From contig CAZUFC010000006.1 of the NCBI GenBank assembly GCA_964619725.1, positions 1 to 64,000 of the forward strand: a stretch of 64,000 nt of DNA, given 5' to 3'. A model generated the notes under the pieces. That model saw only the letters and a list, made by a program, of their open reading frames with translations. It ran no database searches and was not told where the DNA came from. This document shows, one piece after another, positions 57,879-64,000 of this stretch; within the stretch, counting starts at the first letter, position 1; the number at the start of each line of letters is the position of its first letter. The position numbers and the translations under genes were made by a program. The stretch comes from an uncultured bacterium (GTDB lineage Bacteria > CSSED10-310 > CAZUFC01).

Positions 57879-60800
57879 AAATAACTCATTATGCCATCAA
57901 TCGCCGCCTGGCTGCCGCCGCTATACTCGTCGTTTTAATTGTCCTCGGAATTTACGGATATCGAAGAATCTCTGTGGATTATCTGCCGGCGATAACTTAT
58001 CCTCTCATAAAGCTGCAGATCAGGTGGCCTGCAGCTACGCCGGAGGAAATCGATGCGGATATAGCTGAACCCGTTGAAAGAATTATGGCTACAATTGACC
58101 GACTGGACTATATTGAATCCTCAGCTTTGGAAGGATTGTATTCTCTGGACGTTCATTTTGAATACGGTACGAATATCGATGTGGCTTTCCAGGATGTGCT
58201 GGCCGCATTAACTCGCGCCCAGCGAGGACTTCCCCCGGACATCGAACCGCCCTTCGTGTTTAAAGCCGACCCTTCTCAGCTTCCGGTAATGAGGTTGACG
58301 GTCAGTTCTGAAACCTGGAACGTCGTTGAGCTCAGAGAGTGGGCTGATAACTGGTCGCAGGATCGAATTCTTGCTGTTGCGGGTGTGGCCGGCGTTGAGA
58401 TCATCGGCGGCCTGGCGCGTGAAATAAGAATTCAAATAGACCCGGAAACGCTTGAAAAATATTCTTTCACACTCGATTCTGTAATCAGTCGGATATCGAA
58501 GGAAAACATAGATTTGACAGCCGGACGCGTGACTGTGGGTTCCCGTGAAATTATCGCCCGTACCATAGGAGAATTTACGAGTCTGGAGGATATCCGCAAT
58601 ATTGTGCTCTCGGATGAAGGACATAAAAAAGTCTATCTTCGCGATATCGCTGATGTAGTTGATAGTCATGAAGAAGCGCGAATCATCACCCGCTTTAACC
58701 AAGAGACGTGTGTAACCTTATCGGTACTCAAACAGGCCGAAGCGAATACGGTCGAAACGGCCAATGCCGTCGATCTGGCCCTGAAAGAATTGCAGCCTGC
58801 TCTGCCTGCAGGTATTCAGCTCGATTACGTGGAAAATCAGGCGGTCTATGTGACGCAGGCTCTGGCGGGAGTGCGTAATGCCGCAATCGCAGCCGCTGTG
58901 CTCTTGATATTGGTGATTTATTTCTTCCTGGGCAGCGTAAGACAAGTATTGGTAATGATCATTGCTCTTCCGTCAACTTTGATTGTGAATTTCGGGTTCA
59001 TGAAACTGGCCGGCTTTTCGCTTAATATCTTCTCTCTCGGCGGATTAGTCGTAGCCATCGGCGTAGTGCTGGACAATTCCACTGTCGTGCTTGAAAACAT
59101 TACTCGAATGAAACGGAAAAAAACAGATCAGAAGCTTGTGGTAACCGCAGAGGAAGCGACAGGTGATGTGGGTCCTGCTCTTGTCGCTGCAACTCTTTCT
59201 TTTTTGGCGCTGTTCATGCCGTTTCTCATCGTTCCGGGACTGATCAGCCTTCTCTTTCGGGAGCTGATCTTCGTTATCGCAGGTATTGTGGTAATAAGCC
59301 TTGCAGTAGCTGCTACAACGACTCCGATGCTCGCAGCAATACTTTTAGGTGAAGGCCGGTCTGACATAGGGACAGGATGGTTCGAACGCTTCTTTGCACG
59401 GATTACGGCGGATTACGGCAAAGGGCTGAACAGGATTATCCGCCGGCGATGGGGAGTCATAGCGATCTTTATAATCGCATTAGCGGCAGCATATGCTTTG
59501 CTTGGAAGCCTGGGAGGAGAATTCCTTCCCCTGATTGATGACGGTCGGATTATGATCAAAACCAGAATGGCTACCGGTTCCTCGCTGAAGAAAACAGACG
59601 CCGTTCTTCGCAGGATAGAAAAGAAAATCGCTGAGGAGCCGCTTATTCAGAGTATATTCACGCTGGCTGGAGGACGATTGCAGGGATTGACCATTTTAGA
59701 AATCGCCGCTGAAGGTGAAATTAACCTTCAGCTTATACCTCTCAACGAGCGAAACGTCTCCACAAGCGAATATGTCCTCCGCTTGCGTCGGATCATAGGC
59801 AATATTCGGGTGCCCGGCGGAAAGATAATGGTCAGACAGATGCCCATCCGAGGCATACCGGGTATGCGGCAATCGGATATAATTTTGTATGTTCGCGGAC
59901 AAAAAACGGACGTGTTGTCCGGCATTGCAGAACAGGCTGCGCAAACCCTTTCCGATTTGGATTCATTCCAGAACGTGATCGTTTCCATGGATATCTCCAA
60001 ACCCGAATTCCAGGTGAGAATGGATCGGGCAAAAGCAACGGACCGGGGGCTCTCGGCATCAGAAGCAGCAAGATCGTTGCGCACGCTTATTACCGGAAAC
60101 GTCGTCACTCGATACCGTGACGGAACAGAATATTTCAATGTAAGAGTAATAGTTCCGGCAGAACGCCTCCGTTCACGTGAGGATGTTGCGAACCTTCCCG
60201 TCACGGGCTCCCGGGTGCCTCCCGTCAGGGTGAGAGATATCGCTTCCGTGGTCAGATCATACGGTCCCGTTGAAATTATAAGAAATAACCAGATAAAACA
60301 AATAACTGTGGAAGCGGACATCACAGGAGCGAATCTGGCCGGCGCCGTGAATAAATTGAAACAAACTTTTGCCGGAATAGACCTTCCCACGGGATATGAA
60401 TTCGATGTCGGCGGTCAGGCTGAACTTATGACGGAGATGAAAGAAACCATCCTGGCTGTTCTCGCATTCGCTTTGTTCTTTGCTTTTGTCGTTCTGACCG
60501 TTCAGTTCAACAGCCTTAAACTCCCCCTGCTGATTTTGGGCAGCATACCCTTCTGTCTGGCTGGAGTCGTCTTCGGCATGTACCTGGTAAATTTGCCGTT
60601 AGGAGCCACGGTGATCATCGGCGTTCTGGTTGTTGTTGCAGCAACCGTCAATGACGGCGTACTGCTTTTGACTTCAGCAGGCGAATTGCAGAAACGTCAG
60701 AGTTATCCTCCGCGCAAAGCCGTCGTCGAAGCTGCAAGCATACGCCTGCGTCCCAGAATCATGACCTCCATGACGACAATGGTTGGGTTCCTGCCGCTCG

Positions 60801-60958
60801 CCCTCAACCTGGAAGAGGGAGGCGATATGCTGCAGCCTATGGCTGTCGCCGCCATCGGCGGTATGATGATGGAAATCCTTGTGGCACTCATTCTGATTCC
60901 CTCTCTCTACGTCATCTTTTCCCGCACGCTGCTTTCTTCTGAATCCATTGGAGAATAA
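57875..60958 (+). CDS. RND efflux permease (AcrB/AcrD/AcrF family)
   Basis: 1027 aa; GVVLDNS..VLENI, RLRPR.MT; two TM blocks with large periplasmic loops. Confidence 0.93.
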   Translation: MKITHYAINRRLAAAAILVVLIVLGIYGYRRISVDYLPAITYPLIKLQIRWPAATPEEIDADIAEPVERIMATIDRLDYIESSALEGLYSLDVHFEYGTNIDVAFQDVLAALTRAQRGLPPDIEPPFVFKADPSQLPVMRLTVSSETWNVVELREWADNWSQDRILAVAGVAGVEIIGGLAREIRIQIDPETLEKYSFTLDSVISRISKENIDLTAGRVTVGSREIIARTIGEFTSLEDIRNIVLSDEGHKKVYLRDIADVVDSHEEARIITRFNQETCVTLSVLKQAEANTVETANAVDLALKELQPALPAGIQLDYVENQAVYVTQALAGVRNAAIAAAVLLILVIYFFLGSVRQVLVMIIALPSTLIVNFGFMKLAGFSLNIFSLGGLVVAIGVVLDNSTVVLENITRMKRKKTDQKLVVTAEEATGDVGPALVAATLSFLALFMPFLIVPGLISLLFRELIFVIAGIVVISLAVAATTTPMLAAILLGEGRSDIGTGWFERFFARITADYGKGLNRIIRRRWGVIAIFIIALAAAYALLGSLGGEFLPLIDDGRIMIKTRMATGSSLKKTDAVLRRIEKKIAEEPLIQSIFTLAGGRLQGLTILEIAAEGEINLQLIPLNERNVSTSEYVLRLRRIIGNIRVPGGKIMVRQMPIRGIPGMRQSDIILYVRGQKTDVLSGIAEQAAQTLSDLDSFQNVIVSMDISKPEFQVRMDRAKATDRGLSASEAARSLRTLITGNVVTRYRDGTEYFNVRVIVPAERLRSREDVANLPVTGSRVPPVRVRDIASVVRSYGPVEIIRNNQIKQITVEADITGANLAGAVNKLKQTFAGIDLPTGYEFDVGGQAELMTEMKETILAVLAFALFFAFVVLTVQFNSLKLPLLILGSIPFCLAGVVFGMYLVNLPLGATVIIGVLVVVAATVNDGVLLLTSAGELQKRQSYPPRKAVVEAASIRLRPRIMTSMTTMVGFLPLALNLEEGGDMLQPMAVAAIGGMMMEILVALILIPSLYVIFSRTLLSSESIGE

Positions 60959-61008
60959 TGTATACCTGAAATTCTTTGTAACTTAGCTCCATCAAATAAA
61001 CAAAAGCA

Positions 61009-61623
61009 TCATATGAATGAAAGTTGCTTACCTTTTACAGGATCATAGTCTTTTTCGTCAGAAACGCCCTCAGACAACTCATCTCCCCATTGATACCAGC
61101 CTTTCCTTTTATGTCTGGCGAACAACTCCAGAAAAGGCCCAGGGCTGCACTCTTCGATGATTTTGTATATTTCTTCAGGCTTTCTAGAATGTTCTCTTTT
61201 CCGTGACCGTATTATATTGACTTGTCTTCGTCCCGGTGGTTTTGTTCTTTTTTTTCCACGAATTCCAAAAAGCACCAGCTCTGTAACGTTTCGAAAGTAA
61301 AAACCGACTCCTCTGCCGTCGGGACCCCCATCTTTACGGATTTTATACCAGACTAAATTGGTTTTATAATTAAATCCCCAAGCATCTATGACTTCGAGCC
61401 CCCATTTCAGAAGCGCGTTCGGGACCCACAGATACAGATGGGACTCCTCCGCTACTATTTCTGGAATAGGTAATTGTTTTATTTCTTTTAAAGTCAGCGT
61501 TTGATACCGATGTAACCTTCGATGTTCAGGCGCCATTTTACCCGTTCTGTTTTGGAAGCGCCAAGGCGGATCAGCCAGGACAGCGCCGAATTTTATGTCC
61601 CAATACTTTTTCAAATCATTCAT
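61009..61623 (-). CDS. MT-A70 family adenine methyltransferase
   Basis: LADPPW, HLYLW, WGF.Y..W.K, G.G.YFRN.TE, REHSRKP, LELFAR. Confidence 0.9.
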   Translation of the reverse strand: MNDLKKYWDIKFGAVLADPPWRFQNRTGKMAPEHRRLHRYQTLTLKEIKQLPIPEIVAEESHLYLWVPNALLKWGLEVIDAWGFNYKTNLVWYKIRKDGGPDGRGVGFYFRNVTELVLFGIRGKKRTKPPGRRQVNIIRSRKREHSRKPEEIYKIIEECSPGPFLELFARHKRKGWYQWGDELSEGVSDEKDYDPVKGKQLSFI

Positions 61624-62221
61624 TTTTGTTTACGTAATCCTTTATATATAATTTTTTGGTGATTCCAAATGCAAGTATAGGACATCCGCCCCCACCGCCT
61701 CCTTCTATTTTTGGAAGCAGTTTACTCATATGAGTGGTAGAAGCTCCATACGATTTTCCTTTTTTCAGTATATTAAAAATTTGCTGTAATTCATCTGATC
61801 GAGTAATAAATACTCCCACACTCACAACATCCAATTGGTGAAGTAATCTAAAATTATTCAAGTCTCTGTCATAAAAAGGGTCTTTGTTGTTCCATTCCAT
61901 TTCAATGGCTATACGGTTTTTAAAGTAGTCGACATTATGAGTGGGCGATTCGTGCGGAACGTCGTCAACCACTACAGACACATCAAATTTTTTTTCGCTC
62001 CAACCCAAGCTCTGAAACATTCCGTTGACATTGACGGCAATAGGAGATTTCCTGCCGCCTGGCCTCAAAATGGAGGAGCTGAGTAATCTGAATCGACGGA
62101 GAACTGAGATAATGTCATTCCATTCTTCAGGAAAATCGTATTTTAAAATGGCGACGGCATGTTTCCACTCGTAAATTTCGTAGCTGGTTCTGATGTCTTG
62201 AGGAACATTTTTTAGTCCCAT
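61616..62221 (-). CDS. BglII/BstYI-like restriction endonuclease
   Basis: GW.E, TH.VDYFK.RIAIEMEWNNKDPFYDRDL (PD-ExK-like core); overlaps the MT-A70 gene. ATG 62221 preferred. Confidence 0.8.
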   Translation of the reverse strand: MGLKNVPQDIRTSYEIYEWKHAVAILKYDFPEEWNDIISVLRRFRLLSSSILRPGGRKSPIAVNVNGMFQSLGWSEKKFDVSVVVDDVPHESPTHNVDYFKNRIAIEMEWNNKDPFYDRDLNNFRLLHQLDVVSVGVFITRSDELQQIFNILKKGKSYGASTTHMSKLLPKIEGGGGGGCPILAFGITKKLYIKDYVNKNE

Positions 62222-62403
62222 TTTCTTGGAATTCGTCCTTTCCAACCAGTTCTTCGGTCATATCGGCAAGGTTCACTGCAAACCGTTTTTATAATACAAT
62301 GAAAGCAGAGGATATTTCAATGGAACTTTTCCGAATCGGTCATGTCTAAAGTATGTGCGCAATGATTTGGTTTTAACCGTCAATCCCAGGAAGGAGAGTG
62401 ACG

Positions 62404-64000
62404 ATGAAACGGAAGGTTCTGTTTGTTGTTTTCGTGATGTTTTCAGTGATTTTCAGCGGCTGGAGCGGAATGGACCCGGTTATGGCCGACGGATTCATTA
62501 TTATTCCGCCGCCGCATCCCCGTCCTCCGCGACCGGTGACGCCTCTGGCGATTCGTTATCACCGCGTGTCAGTGACGGTTCGGGACCAGGCTGTGGAGGT
62601 GAATATCGATCAATCGTTTTATAATCCTAATCCCATGGAGTTGGAAGGGGAGTATATTTTTCCGTTGCCGCCGGATGCATCGATATCGAAGTTTTCGCTG
62701 TATATTGAGGGAAAAGAGACGGAAGGGGAGTTGCTGGACAAGGAGAAGGCGGCGAGGATATACGAAGAGATCGTACGCCGGATGAAGGACCCGGCCTTAT
62801 TGGAGTATATGGGCCGCAACATGTTCCGGGCAAGGGTTTATCCGCTCCCTGCGCATGGGGAAAGGCGCGTCAAGTTGAGTTACGAGCAGGTTCTGACCCT
62901 GGAGGAGGGTATGCTTGAGCTGGTTTATCCTCTGGACACCGAGCGTTTTTCATCAGAACCGCTTCGGGACGTTTCCGTGCATGTGGACTTGAAGGCTTCT
63001 TCGCCGCTGAAATTGATATATTCGCCGTCCCATGAAATTGACGTGCAGCGAAAAGGTTCAAGCAGGGCAGATGTATCGTATGAAGAGACGAATGTCTTGC
63101 CTGACCGGGACTTCAAACTTATCTGGACCGTGAATCCTGACGATGTGGACATTAATCTGCTGACTCATAAATCGGACGGAGAGGACGGCTGGTATCTTCT
63201 CTTCATCACACCGGCGACCGAACTGGCTGAGGAAAAGGTCATACCGAAGGACATCGTGCTGGTCCTGGACACTTCCGGAAGCATGGCAGGGGAAAAATTG
63301 AACCAGGCGCTGGCGGCATTGAAATTCTGTATTCACAATTTGAATCCCAGGGACCGGTTCGGTCTCATTCGATTCAGCACAGAAGCGGAATTATTCTCCG
63401 ACTCCTTAAGGGAGATGTCGGATGAGAACAAGGAAAAGGCGCTGCAATTCGTGGAATCCATGAAAGCGCGTGGAGGAACCAATATATATGAGGCATTGCA
63501 TTCGGCGGTAGAGCTTTTCGATAATGCTGAACGTCCCAAAATGATATTTTTCCTGACTGACGGACGTCCTACCGTGGGAAAGGTGGAAATAGGGGAGATA
63601 CTGAAAGCGGTGGAATCCGATCTTGAAGGAAAACGCGTATTCACTTTCGGGCTGGGTTTCGACGTAAATACTATCCTGCTCGACAAGCTTGCGGAGGAAT
63701 CCAACGGCGACAACGAGTATGTAACCCCGGACGAGGACATTGAAATAAAAGTCAGTCGCCTTTATTCCAAGGTCAGTTCCCCCGCGCTTTCCGATACGTC
63801 CCTCCACGGACTGGACAGAATCGGCTCGTACGACCGGTATCCCAAAAAATTGCCCGATCTTTTCAAAGGTTCACAGTTAATGGCGGCAGGCCGTTACAAA
63901 AATGGCGGTCACGCTGCGGTCAAACTCCAGGGCAAACTTCAAAATACCGCGACACAATACGTTTATGAAGCCGTTTTCCCGCACAGAAACGAAGATAATT
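62404..64000 (+). CDS. Secreted VIT + von Willebrand factor A domain protein (runs off the window; absent from the ORF track)
   Basis: ATG 62404 with AAGGAG RBS; signal peptide; F.NP...LEGEYIFPLP..A, YEEIVRRMKDPALLEY (VIT); LVLDTSGSM MIDAS, GGTNI, FLTDG. I saw no in-frame stop in the parts I translated. Confidence 0.9.
   Translation, partial: MKRKVLFVVFVMFSVIFSGWSGMDPVMADGFIIIPPPHPRPPRPVTPLAIRYHRVSVTVRDQAVEVNIDQSFYNPNPMELEGEYIFPLPPDASISKFSLYIEGKETEGELLDKEKAARIYEEIVRRMKDPALLEYMGRNMFRARVYPLPAHGERRVKLSYEQVLTLEEGMLELVYPLDTERFSSEPLRDVSVHVDLKASSPLKLIYSPSHEIDVQRKGSSRADVSYEETNVLPDRDFKLIWTVNPDDVDINLLTHKSDGEDGWYLLFITPATELAEEKVIPKDIVLVLDTSGSMAGEKLNQALAALKFCIHNLNPRDRFGLIRFSTEAELFSDSLREMSDENKEKALQFVESMKARGGTNIYEALHSAVELFDNAERPKMIFFLTDGRPTVGKVEIGEILKAVESDLEGKRVFTFGLGFDVNTILLDKLAEESNGDNEYVTPDEDIEIKVSRLYSKVSSPALSDTSLHGLDRIGSYDRYPKKLPDLFKGSQLMAAGRYKNGGHAAVKLQGKLQNTATQYVYEAVFPHRNEDN

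Noticed and set aside
62355-63807. Several short ORFs listed near the window end
   Set aside because: All overlap the long VIT-vWA reading frame starting at 62404, which the track missed because it has no stop inside the window.

Overview
This is a 64-kb chromosomal window from a diderm bacterium (it encodes TolC and an outer-membrane beta-barrel); the lineage cannot be assigned from the sequence alone. Housekeeping genes are rocD, dxs-tlyA-nadK-recN, psd, smpB, a TolC/MFP/RND efflux operon and a PAS/GAF hybrid kinase. Interspersed is a large set of cell-surface genes: three GT-C-type membrane glycosyltransferases, two SGNH hydrolases and many secreted proteins with Pro/Thr-rich linkers. The most striking pattern is two classes of C-terminal tail. 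(1) A ~115-aa domain I do not recognise (GD..N(PG)..LD[VI][YF]xxYWF..W..FxWP..G[LI]xF..) ends three unrelated exported proteins, including a gingipain-like C25 protease, and is a candidate new secretion/anchoring signal. (2) IPTL-CTERM-like membrane tails end three other proteins, one lying downstream of a cobalamin riboswitch. Small defence-type modules are scattered through the window: AbiE, a DUF4062-NACHT pseudogene, an orphan C5-MTase, a nucleotidyltransferase pair, a decayed two-gene module and MT-A70 plus a BglII-like nuclease. Two dispersed non-coding repeat families occur (four copies of a 150-200 bp MITE-like element; three copies of a ~55 bp palindrome). I saw no tRNA, rRNA, CRISPR array or transposase. 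All family assignments are from motif recognition by eye, not database searches.
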